Below, piece after piece: positions 12,324-22,746 of a stretch of 64,000 nucleotides of DNA (within the stretch, counting starts at the first letter, position 1; each line of letters opens with the position of its first letter). The notes below the pieces were generated by a model. It saw nothing but the letters and a program-made list of their open reading frames with translations. It was not told where the DNA came from and did no database searches. Where the stretch lies: the NCBI GenBank assembly GCA_010093815.1, contig ML996566.1. One strand, 5' to 3'. The translations under genes were made by a program, and so were the position numbers. Source of the stretch: Pseudovirgaria hyperparasitica (taxonomy: Eukaryota).

Positions 12324-13346
12324 ATGCTGGCCATATCTACCTCGCTTCCTCCTCACATGGCGAAGCCATCAGACACTACTTCGTCTCGTGATTCACGACT
12401 TCCCTCCTCCACCATGTCTTCCTCTCTGGCCATATTACCTTCCGCTCCAGTTCCATCTTCTCTTTCTCTTCATCAACACTCTCCAACCACTGCGAGAAGA
12501 CCAAAGCTTTCGCTCAACACCGCATCAGCATCACAGACCAGATCGTTTGGAAAGGGTGCAAGTCTACGCCTGGAAACTCTCTCGGCAGTATCGCCAACGG
12601 CCCGTAATACCTTCTCAAACGCCTACGACGCACCCACCCAGACACAAGGACGTCCTTCACTGAAGCTGAACACGTCCAATGACAACTCAGAAGTCGCCCA
12701 GGATTCCTTTAATAAATCCACTCCACGATACGATTCCGCGACAGCCTCATCTGCATCTTCGACAGAGTCTCTCACCACACCTCCACCGTACAAACTCTCA
12801 CACCACATCACATCTATTCTTAGCAACAGCCCATATCCACAGATTCGACCTAGGAAAATGACGACTCGGCCTTTCTTCCCCCCTATCAAAAGGGTATCGT
12901 TCAAAGAGCCTCTTGTAGAAGAGATCACAAACACACTCTACACGGCAAAGCATTCAGACCTCGACACGTCTATTGCGTCTATCATCCCAGAGCCGCCCAA
13001 GACGCCTAAGGTGAACACGAACTGCGAACTCGAGATTCACACCTCCAGCAATATCACCGATACCTCTTCTGAACCACCAGCCAGATCACCTTCACCGACT
13101 CTTTCAGTCCGTAGCAATGACTCCACGCAGTCCTCGCCCATGATACCCTCAAAACGCGATTCTTCGGATTCAGAGAGCGAAGACTCCTGTCCCGAGACTC
13201 CGATCGCTGGCCGTCGTAAACGCAATCGGCTATGGAGGTGGACCCTGGCACCACACACTAAGTCTGAATCTGAATCGGAATCGTCATACTCCACTTCGTC
13301 CTCAACTTCAGCTGAAACAAGCCCCAGCGATAGCGATAGTGGCTAG
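12324..13346 (+). CDS. Ser/Pro-rich, largely disordered fungal hypothetical protein (~340 aa)
   Basis: Long ORF, first ATG at 12324, after a CT-rich leader. Short linear motifs RRPKLSLNT, RPSLKLNT, KRVSF and RRKRNRLWRWTL. Confidence 0.75.
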   Translation: MLAISTSLPPHMAKPSDTTSSRDSRLPSSTMSSSLAILPSAPVPSSLSLHQHSPTTARRPKLSLNTASASQTRSFGKGASLRLETLSAVSPTARNTFSNAYDAPTQTQGRPSLKLNTSNDNSEVAQDSFNKSTPRYDSATASSASSTESLTTPPPYKLSHHITSILSNSPYPQIRPRKMTTRPFFPPIKRVSFKEPLVEEITNTLYTAKHSDLDTSIASIIPEPPKTPKVNTNCELEIHTSSNITDTSSEPPARSPSPTLSVRSNDSTQSSPMIPSKRDSSDSESEDSCPETPIAGRRKRNRLWRWTLAPHTKSESESESSYSTSSSTSAETSPSDSDSG

Positions 13347-15144
13347 GCTACCCTGGACGTCACATTTCCGACACGAGTCGATCTTATTTACAGTCTGACC
13401 ACATCAGCAATCTACAACAACCATATGCATGAGCGAATTTGGCGTCACATCATCGGTAGCATTTCGGCGGGACTTGGCATTGAGCATTTTGCAACGGCGT
13501 ACTACCTAATTTCATGGGATTTCTATGATACCACGCCTTCGTAGGGCATCTAGGGAGGCAAGCACATAACTGTGTTGAACTGTTCTGAGGAGCAGTGGGT
13601 GAGGGGTTCATCTAGTGGTTTACTTGTCTCGAGGACAGAATTCACTAGTCTATAATATACGTTATTGTGTGATGCAAAGGACATCTCATAGCGTGCCATT
13701 TTACCACCTGCATTTGAACCGCGTTCCTTTGAAGATCTACAGGTCCATGCTGTCACGACCGATTTGCAGTCAAAGCAGCCGGGATTTAGGAGTGCCGCTC
13801 TAACCCCGTCCACGCTTATCCATAACGGGCAAATCAATAAATGTTGACAAGGGGGGATGAGCAAAACTAGCGCTTGTGGCGGCCGCCAGAAGAACCGACA
13901 GACCGACCGAAACTACGCCAGAACCACCTACGGCTGTCGCTCCCTCACTCGGTCTTCCTTAGCGTCTGGGCATCTGTACTGGCATCTAGGCCACGGTCGC
14001 CTTACGGACGTAAATATCCTCACCTCTCACTCTTAAGGCATCAAGGCACGAGCTGTACCCACACCCGCCCCGCCCCGGGCGCCGGCGCGCTTGTTATAGT
14101 GTCCGTCATCCTGCTAGAATGATACATCGCGCAACGTGAATCTGTATACTCCATGATACTGGCTGACGCAGCATTCGTTCCTTTGCATTTGCCACTTCTA
14201 CGTTCTCACGCTTATTATGCTAATAATAATAGTACTCGGGCACCGCTCATGCGCTCATCTATGTACCATGCAACGATCGCCGCGAACACCATATACACAC
14301 ATCCATTCCGTAGATGAGCGGGGGGGGAAGGAGATGTTGTTTCGTCGTCGTCGTCGTCATCACCCTACTCTCCCCCTCTCTCTCTAGAAAGAACATAGAT
14401 CTGTGCACTCTTCCCTTCCCCCCTCCTCTCCTCATCCCCTCCTCACCTTCACCTAAGTCCTATCCCATAGCACGGCCGCGATGACATCGTTCAAGCGGGG
14501 TTGGTTCGGTCGGTCGGTCGTTCGTTCGTCCGTTCGTCATGGGTTCTGGTGTAGTCTGGTCTGGTCTGGGAACTGGTCGTTTGTCTGACGCTGGCTGTGA
14601 CGGCATGAATATGGCTCATGGTCAAGCGTCAGCGTGCATGTGTGCATGTGTCTGTGTGTTTGTGTGTGTGTGCGTGTGTGCGGGGAGCGGTGGGTTTGTG
14701 AGCTTATCTTATCACATACCGTGATCGGCCGGAGCCGGGCTGGGTAGGGATGGATGGATGGATGGGTGATGGATGATGGAGTGAGTGAAGGAGGGGAAGG
14801 ATTCTTGTGTGTGTGTGTGTGTGCTGAGAGAGGTGTTTAGGTAGGTACTTTTTGTTTGGAAGCATGCTACGTTGCTGTGTTGATGTGTGTACCTGTCTGT
14901 ATGTATCAGTGTACCTACCTAGTACCTACCCACCTAGTACCTACATACCTAGACACCCGTGACATTCATCCACCCTTCAATCTGTCACGTCGTACGTCAT
15001 ACCTATTCTATTCTCGTCACCCCGCCTTCCCTCCTTCCTCATCCATAGACCCATAGACCCATGATCCAAACCGAGCAGGCAGACTCAATGTTTCGCCACT
15101 TTTCTCATCGTCAAATCCTCTGTATGCATGTCACTGGACCCTGG

Positions 15145-15147
<3 letters not shown>

Positions 15148-15242
<95 letters not shown>
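15148..15242. repeat. (CA)n microsatellite running into an assembly gap
   Basis: Perfect CA run of about 95 nt up to the N gap 15243..15492. Confidence 0.98.
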
Positions 15243-15492
15243 NNNNNNNNNNNNNNNNNNNNNNNNNNNNNNNNNNNNNNNNNNNNNNNNNNNNNNNNNN
15301 NNNNNNNNNNNNNNNNNNNNNNNNNNNNNNNNNNNNNNNNNNNNNNNNNNNNNNNNNNNNNNNNNNNNNNNNNNNNNNNNNNNNNNNNNNNNNNNNNNNN
15401 NNNNNNNNNNNNNNNNNNNNNNNNNNNNNNNNNNNNNNNNNNNNNNNNNNNNNNNNNNNNNNNNNNNNNNNNNNNNNNNNNNNNNNNNNNNN

Positions 15493-15587
15493 TATGTATG
15501 TATGTATGTATGTATGTATGTATGTATGTATGTATGTATGTATGTATGTATGTATGTATGTATGTATGTATGTATGTATGTATGTAT
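15493..15587. repeat. (TATG)n microsatellite emerging from an assembly gap
   Basis: Perfect TATG run after the N gap. Confidence 0.98.
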
Positions 15588-16815
15588 ATGCACGTATATG
15601 TACGTATATATCTATCCATCTTCAACATCCTCGTGCGTCATGCAGCGCCGTTTAGCCTGCACACATGCAGGTCCAGAAGATTGATAGGATGGAACGCTGA
15701 TCGTGCTCTCCAACTGAGCGCTTCATGGATCTCTCCATCGTTCACGTGTACTATGCACACGTCCCACAACCTTGAAAGGCAGTGATTGGCCCATTGTTAA
15801 GCCAAGCATGTAGCTAAGCACTCGATCAGGTTATCCTGTCAATTGGACAGGTAATCGCGCGCCACCAGCCTTAGTATGAGATGAATACGAGACCTACCTA
15901 CTACTGTACCGTCATCCATACTTCGCTTCGGTCCTTCCCGCGCGCGAATCAGCAAGGGGGGTGGGTGGCAGTCGGAATGTCCGATGTCCCTGTCCCTATC
16001 CTTGTATACACTATACACAGCTAACCGGCACACACGCTGCATGCTGGTCAGTTCCATCCCCCAGATTATGGAGCTAGTTATATGACGGTAGGCTGATATG
16101 AATGTTATGATACTCGCGCGGATTTATCGTGAGACTGGGGAAATATGCAACAGGAGAATGTCTGCTTTTTCATTGTAGCGTGACTGCGTTGGGTGTCGAT
16201 GGTGGGATGGCTTTTGCGCTGGAGTATTGGGTTGGAATAGGAGGTATGGCCAGTATGCTGAGGTAAGTGTGGCTGTTGGGCAAGTTCCACGAGGTAAAGT
16301 AGTCGTTTCGATTGGGTCGTACGTGAATTATGCTGGGAGCAATTCTGGATGTGATTTGCTTTACTCATACGTAGCACAGTTTATGTTGGAGACCAGACTA
16401 TATCGACTTCTGCTTTCTGGTGGCCTCACTTCCATCTCCTTCTACTCTGGTTCTATGCTGAATAATACTGCGATAGTTAGCTGTGCAGCTTCTTTGTATT
16501 ATAGAGAGTCAAGAGCCTGAGCTGGCTCATTGCTTTCAGATAACATATACTCCCAATCCATCTCTCAGCCCTCTTCACGACGAAAACTGTAGTGTACATT
16601 CTTCATACTTCAAACGATGTTAAGGTCACTCTGTTCAGGCCAAAGCTGGCACTACCTCCGTTGACTTATAAAGCTACGCCCTTTCGTGGTAAAGCCTCCT
16701 TAAATTTCCACCTCTCTATCCACTACCATATCAACTTCTACAGTTTACACTTGATCTACTCAATCCAGGTCGACTGATCACACAACTCCCGTTCCAGCTA
16801 AGCCTATATCCACCA

Positions 16816-17016
16816 ATGCCTCCCATTCAGAACACTAGCGTACACCCCACAATCTCCTCGCGGTCTCGTCTCTTCTCCTCTGATTCCAGGTGGGACCTGG
16901 GAGAGATCGCGATCATCGTACCTTCGTCAATAGTTTTTGTGCTAATGTGTGCATACTTCCTGAAGCGCTGGTGGCAGAAGAGAAAGAATAACAGTAAGGA
17001 TGAGGCTATCAGCTGA
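16816..17016 (+). CDS. Candidate single-pass membrane microprotein (66 aa)
   Basis: TATAAA at 16667, pyrimidine/CA-rich leader and CACCAATG start context. One hydrophobic segment (IAIIVPSSIVFVLMCAYFL) followed by the basic KRWWQKRK. Confidence 0.45.
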   Translation: MPPIQNTSVHPTISSRSRLFSSDSRWDLGEIAIIVPSSIVFVLMCAYFLKRWWQKRKNNSKDEAIS

Positions 17017-17627
17017 GCGTCTGCGACGTGTGATGCGATAGTTGTGCTTTGATTGTCTAGGCAAACTTGTTACGGTCGGCGGGTCTTTGTCTGTTTCTTG
17101 GTTGGATCATTAGTTCTGCTATGCATTTTACGTTGTTTACACAATCAATCGCACTGTCGGAATCTTTCTTCTATTAGCGTGGTTTCGCAGGCAGCTGGAG
17201 TCTGTCCATTATACGAATGCTCTGAGTCTCCAGATGTGGGAACTAGGAGATGTTGCAAATTGGAAGGCTTGAATGAATAGAATGCAAGCAATCTGAAATT
17301 GACCACAACGACTTCTGATTTCTGTGCTGACTAACACCGCCACCATCCATGACGGTGGAGCGTGATCCATGTCCGCGATTGAAAGTCTTACACTAGCATT
17401 GATCAGCAAACTGTGCCAAGAACTAGCGGGGCAAGCAGCAGCCGGAGCCCCGCTTTTCTATCGTAGCTCTCCAATGTCTCCACCATTGCCCATAGTTACA
17501 AAGAGCTTAGAGATGGATCGGTAACGCCAACAGAATGCGCTGGAGGCGCCATGAAGACGTCCGCCGACCCGACTAGGCTATATAAACACCCTCGAGAGCA
17601 CCGAGCGGTCGAAAGAAGATTTCCTAA

Positions 17628-18623
17628 ATGACAGACACATCAACCAAGCCAACTCAGCGAGAGTCGCACGTCCAAGCAGCATCAGCACTCAAGACCGTTC
17701 TCGCTACATTCATAGTCTTACTAGCTATCACACTGGCGTTCACGCCTCCTATACGTAGCTCCCTTACCAAGTTCCTCCCTCGATCCTTCTCGCAAGCACT
17801 TCGGACAATGTCCACCAACACTAGCACATCACCTGCGCTCAAGATCACGAAGCGTCCGTGGGCCGAGCGTGGACATGCCGATCATGGCTGGCTGTATAGC
17901 TTCCACACATTCTCATTCGCCTCATACTACTCACCCGAGCATGAGTCCTTCGGGCCCCTCCGTGTGATCAACGAAGATCGCGTGGAGAAGGGCACCGGGT
18001 TTGGCACGCACTCCCATGCAGAGTTCCTCATCTGGTCATATATTGTGTCCGGGGAACTAGAGCACAAGGACAGCATGGGAAACCTTGAGATTCTGAAGCG
18101 CGGCGAAGTCCAGTTTACAAGCGCCGGTACCGGCATCCGGCACAGCGAGTACAATAGGAATAAAAAAGACGATGTTCACTTCTTGCAGATCTGGGCAAAG
18201 CCGAATGTCCGGAGACTGAGCCCGAGCTACTGCACGAGAAAGTATACAGACGAGATGAAAACGGATAAGTTGCTCAGGATCATGGAGAGTGCGGATAGGC
18301 ATAGCGGAAAGGATGGAGAGGCAGAGCCTATATCGATGCATGCTGATCTCAGCATGGACGCGAGCATCCTGACACCTGGAAAGAGTGTGGAGCATGAAAT
18401 TGTGAAAGACGGCCCCAGGAAAGTGTATCTGCATGTTATCATGACAGATCGCAAACAGCCGTCCAGCGGTGGTATGAAGATTAAAGTTGGAAGTGTCGAG
18501 CTCGGAGAAGGAGATGGAGCGTACATCGATGGAGCAAGCGGACCTGGCAAGATCGTTGTCGAAAGCACTGGAGACAAGCCTGCCGAGTTTCTGCTCTTCG
18601 ACATGGGCGTCGATGAGTCGTGA
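17628..18623 (+). CDS. Pirin-family (YhhW-like) bicupin protein; alternative start at 17808
   Basis: RGHADHGWLYSFHTFSFASYY, FGPLRVINEDRV, GFGTHSH.E, LEHKDSMGN, QFTSAGTGIRHSEYN, HFLQIW. TATA box at about 17579. Confidence 0.93.
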   Translation: MTDTSTKPTQRESHVQAASALKTVLATFIVLLAITLAFTPPIRSSLTKFLPRSFSQALRTMSTNTSTSPALKITKRPWAERGHADHGWLYSFHTFSFASYYSPEHESFGPLRVINEDRVEKGTGFGTHSHAEFLIWSYIVSGELEHKDSMGNLEILKRGEVQFTSAGTGIRHSEYNRNKKDDVHFLQIWAKPNVRRLSPSYCTRKYTDEMKTDKLLRIMESADRHSGKDGEAEPISMHADLSMDASILTPGKSVEHEIVKDGPRKVYLHVIMTDRKQPSSGGMKIKVGSVELGEGDGAYIDGASGPGKIVVESTGDKPAEFLLFDMGVDES

Positions 18624-18714
18624 GTGGTATATGTTTCTAGTTCTCTACAAGATATGATGTGTATAGCCTTCATAAAACGATGTACTTTCAAACCGGGTAT
18701 TTTACTGGTCCCAT

Positions 18715-19294
18715 CTATGCACTACTTTCCTTCCTCATAGCATCCTCCAAATGCCCCTTGAACCTCCCATGCACCCCCTCCCAATTGGCCTCACATTTTG
18801 CCTTCACCGTCCCCACAATCAGCCTACTCCCCTTGATCTCCACCTCTTCCACCAACCACAACCTCTCCCCTCCACCCTCCCTCACCCCAACCTCATCGCC
18901 CTCTCTCACACTCCAAATACTCGTCTGCACCAAGCCCAGCGGCGCCCGAATGATCCACTCCAAGCACCCCTCCGCCGGATTGCTCATCTGCGCCTCAAAG
19001 CTCACCGTGGAGTCCCACAGGCCACGCGGCAGCGCATGCATGATGTCGGTTACCTTGTACAGCTTGGCATGGGGCGCGTTCTCAAGGGTGGGCAGTTCGA
19101 CGTAGGTGGAGAGCTCCGGGTCGAGGCGGATTAGCAGGTCGTGGTTGCGCAGGAGGCTGTCGACGAGGGCTTTGGAGGCGCCGGGCGGGAGGAGGGAGGA
19201 GCTTTTGAGGGTGGCGGAGGTGTTTAGGACTGCGATTCGGGGAGAGGTTAGTTCGAGGGATTCAAGGTGGTAGAGAGATGTGCGGACTGTTCAT
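18715..19294 (-). CDS. Conserved fungal hypothetical protein (~173 aa); exons 19294..19288 and 19229..18715
   Basis: The frame is open well upstream of the 108-aa ORF (LLRNHDLLIRLDPEL...YKVTDIMHALPRGLWD). Intron 19287..19230 (GTCCGC...CTAAC...GCAG) links it to ATG AAC A. Confidence 0.75.
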
Positions 19295-20205
19295 GGTGTG
19301 GTGATTGGGTGGTGGTTCTGGTGGTGTTGTGGAACGTGTGTGTTGTGTTATGGGGACTGGGGGTTGAGTATGTGGTGAAGGGATGGTGGGGCTGTGGAGA
19401 GAGCTATGACCAGGGCCTGGTGCAGGGGTTGTATAGCACTCTCGCTCGTATGACATGTACGCTGTGTATGACATAGATCTTTGTCTTGAGAGGGTACTAG
19501 ATCTATATTGGTCTATCTTGATATGGTAATGTAAGGTACGGACAGTTGGAATAAACATGGTCAGACTCAAGTAGCTATTGGAATCGGGAGTGGACAATGT
19601 CTCCCAGCGAGATAAGTTCATCTATAAATAGAAGAACTATGGGTTGTTATTAGAAGACAGTGCTGGATCCGAAATGAATGCCAGTTTCGTGTTTGGTAGA
19701 GATAGATAATGCGTTACATAAGATTGGTGGTGTATATGAAAAGGGTGAAGCCGTCGATGTAATCTAAATACTTTATGCGGTCTAAATATAGCATCATGAC
19801 ATGGATGTTTCAGTGTGAATTGAGAATTCGGCCATGAGCAGATGTTGACGAAGAATGAAGTGATTCAAGTACCGATGGGAATAGATCGAATATGCATGCC
19901 ATGGAGCTGCGGGCTTGACGCGATGGAGTGCATAGATAATTAGATAGATAGGTAGGTGAGATTTAAAAAGGGTAGACGTACTGAGACATACGCCCAGCGC
20001 GCACACTCCTCAGACCGCAGTACAAGCTCACTCACCCTTCACCACGGAACACGAAAAACGCCTCCGTCTTGCATGAGAAAAGGGCGAAGGCTGTCGATTA
20101 ATTGGCCAAACGATTGCCTGATCGCTGCAATCAGGCCCAACCATTGCTATATTCATATCATATTCTTATCTGGTCTATACAGGGACCCTTACGCACACAG
20201 ATTAG

Positions 20206-22000
20206 ATGGCAGATCGTCCTGGTCGACCGGCCAAGCGGTTACGCCGGCTGAGCACCGAGGATTCAGAGGCCGGCGATGCGGTCGTGTCTCAAAGCGGTAC
20301 GAGTAAGGCGGGAAGAGGGTCAGTCGTGCGCCTTTTCTTTTCGAAAACAAAACTGTCCAGAGCATTCCTCAGCTTCCTTCACTCAACATCCCCACTTCTG
20401 CCTGTACGACAGCAACTCGCATACACTCAGCTTCACAAACACCACGCAAATACCTCCTATTCATTTTGCCCCCTTTGAATACTCTCACCAGTCAACTCCC
20501 TACAAGCCACCTATCTATCCGTTTCATGTCACAGCTTCAATCGCGTTCCCTCGACACTGTAATTTGAACACTGCTGTACGCAAGTTGCGACAAGAAAAGA
20601 GCACAATCTCACCTCACCTCACCTCAACTCAACTCAAACATGCCTCGATTACGCAGGCGCAGCAATAATCTGACTCCCTCTGCTTCCAGCACACGCCCAG
20701 CCGCCACCAGCAACTACAGTATGTCACGCCCACGACGCGGAGCGGCAGCAGCAGCAGCAGCAGCCGCGTCTGTCTCAGCAACAGTCGACCGCGAGGGCTC
20801 TAGCTCCCGGTCCCGCTCAGCATCACCAGAGAGAAAGCGCCTCCGTCTAACTGTCAAAGCAGCTCCTAGCAAACTACGCGAAGCGACCTCGTCGAATACA
20901 AGATCATCGGGTGGACGAACAAGCCTGCTACGAGGCAGGAGTAAGAAGACGGTTGTAGAAGAGTCGAGCGAAGAAGAAGAAGAAGAGGATGAGGACGAAG
21001 ACGAAATGGACGCCGACGCCGACGAAGACGTTGAAATGGACGACCAGGACGACGACGATGATGACGACGATGAAGAAGATGCTGATGGCGAAGAAGACGA
21101 GCCCGTCGCCCCGACACCCGCCGCCGTTGCCGCATCGCGCAAGATACTGAAGCCCAGCGTCATAGTGACACTGCCACGAAAATTACTACCTGTAGAGGCG
21201 AAAGAGATAGCAATGGGTGATGCTTCCGACGACGAAGAACTGTCGGAGCTCGACTCCGACGAGGCCGAGGACATGGAGGAAGACGAAGAGCTAGGCGAGG
21301 AAGATGCAGAAGGAGAAGAAGAACCTGGCGAGGAAGACGCAGAAGGAGAAGATGAAGAGCTAGACAGCGATGAGGATGGCGCTTCAGAAGGTGGTACGCC
21401 TGACATGAGCAAGCTCACCCGGAGACAGCGTGCTGTATACGATGAGAGCTTAGAAGGAGGACTTATGGCCTTGTCCAACGGTACGTCTGATCTATGGCTT
21501 CTACTTTCAATCCTATAGCTAATTCGAACACGCAACAGAGGCTCAAAAGAAGAAGCATCTGACGGCCGAGGAACTGACCATGCGCCGCGCAGAGATGGCA
21601 CGGCGACGCAAGAACCTGAGTGAGAAGCGCAACGAGGAAGAAAAGGTATCATCACGCCCAAAACCTGTAATCCCATTCAATTATAATTACACGACACTAA
21701 CAAACCCAGATGGACACCATCAACCGTCTCCTTAAAAAGCAAGCCCCCAAGCGTCGCGGCAAAGCAGCCAAAGAACCAACAACCGCCGCAGATGCCGGCG
21801 ACTCTGGAGCAGAAGATCTAGAACCGGAACCGGAGAGAGCACCCGCGCTCTACACTCACTATATCCAGAACGCAGACGGCGTGTCTCTCGGGGTACCGCA
21901 CGAATGGCTTGATAGTCCGTTCGGCACGACGTTTGCAAACCCGGTCAAGGCTCAGTCTTCCAGGCCGTTCACTGGAAGGATGGTGGAGGAAGTTAGCTGA
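20206..22000 (+). CDS. IES2: INO80 complex subunit Ies2 (PAPA-1 domain); exons 20206..20318 (tentative), 20690..21480, 21539..21645, 21710..22000
   Basis: Acidic N-terminal half. Introns 21481..21538 and 21646..21709 give LMALSNEAQKKKHLTAEELTMRRAEMARRRKNLSEKRNEEEKMDTINRLLKKQAPK. The first exon is less certain; ATG 20640 is an alternative start. Confidence 0.87.
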
Positions 22001-22746
22001 AGTCGTTTCTTACACCATTCACATGGAAAACTTGCAGCAGGACTGCCCTCCCATATGAGTGAGAGGCGCAGCAAAAAGGGAGCAGCAGCAGCAGCAGCAT
22101 CTTGAATACATAAAACATTGAAAATATAGCATTTATTTGGCATGGCAGCTGATGCTGATATTAGCTAGGAGGCAACTTATATTTTGTTTTAAATCTAAGA
22201 GCAGCGACTGTCCTAGTACTTGAACTTGGATCACTGTTCCTCTGACGAGTTTCCACCTTCTCGCCATCTTGATTATTTCTCTTTGAAAGTGACACGTTTA
22301 GTGCGAAGCCAGTTTTTTTGTACGCAGACTCGACGGTACGTACGTACACAAGTCCATATGTTCCTTTTTGAAAGTGTTGCAAACATCAGTTGGTAAGATT
22401 CGAGAGTCACGCCGCGCGGTATTGTTGCAAGTAGAAGAGAGCTTCAGGGCACGAACGAGCACACAAGATATATAAAAACGCAGCACAGCATCGAGAACAA
22501 GGCATGAAGTGTAATCTGTATTGCATACCGATACTTCTTTCTCGACGACGAACAAACAAAGCCAAACATGTATACTCATGCACGTACCATACATGACGGA
22601 GCTGACCGAGAATGGAGACTCCTACACCGACGCCAACGCTAAAAGAACAGGCAATCCGGATTGTTAAAAAGAAAAGGAAAGAGAGAGAAAAAACAGTTCC
22701 ATGGGCGCAGACAGTCCTGTTGCCAATATTCTTATTTATATCCCCT

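Noticed and set aside
15061..15785. ORFs with THTH, YVCM and CVCV repeats
   Set aside because: Translations of microsatellites and an N gap.
20714..21676. 320-aa Ser-rich antisense ORF
   Set aside because: Shadow of the acidic GAA/GAC codons of IES2.
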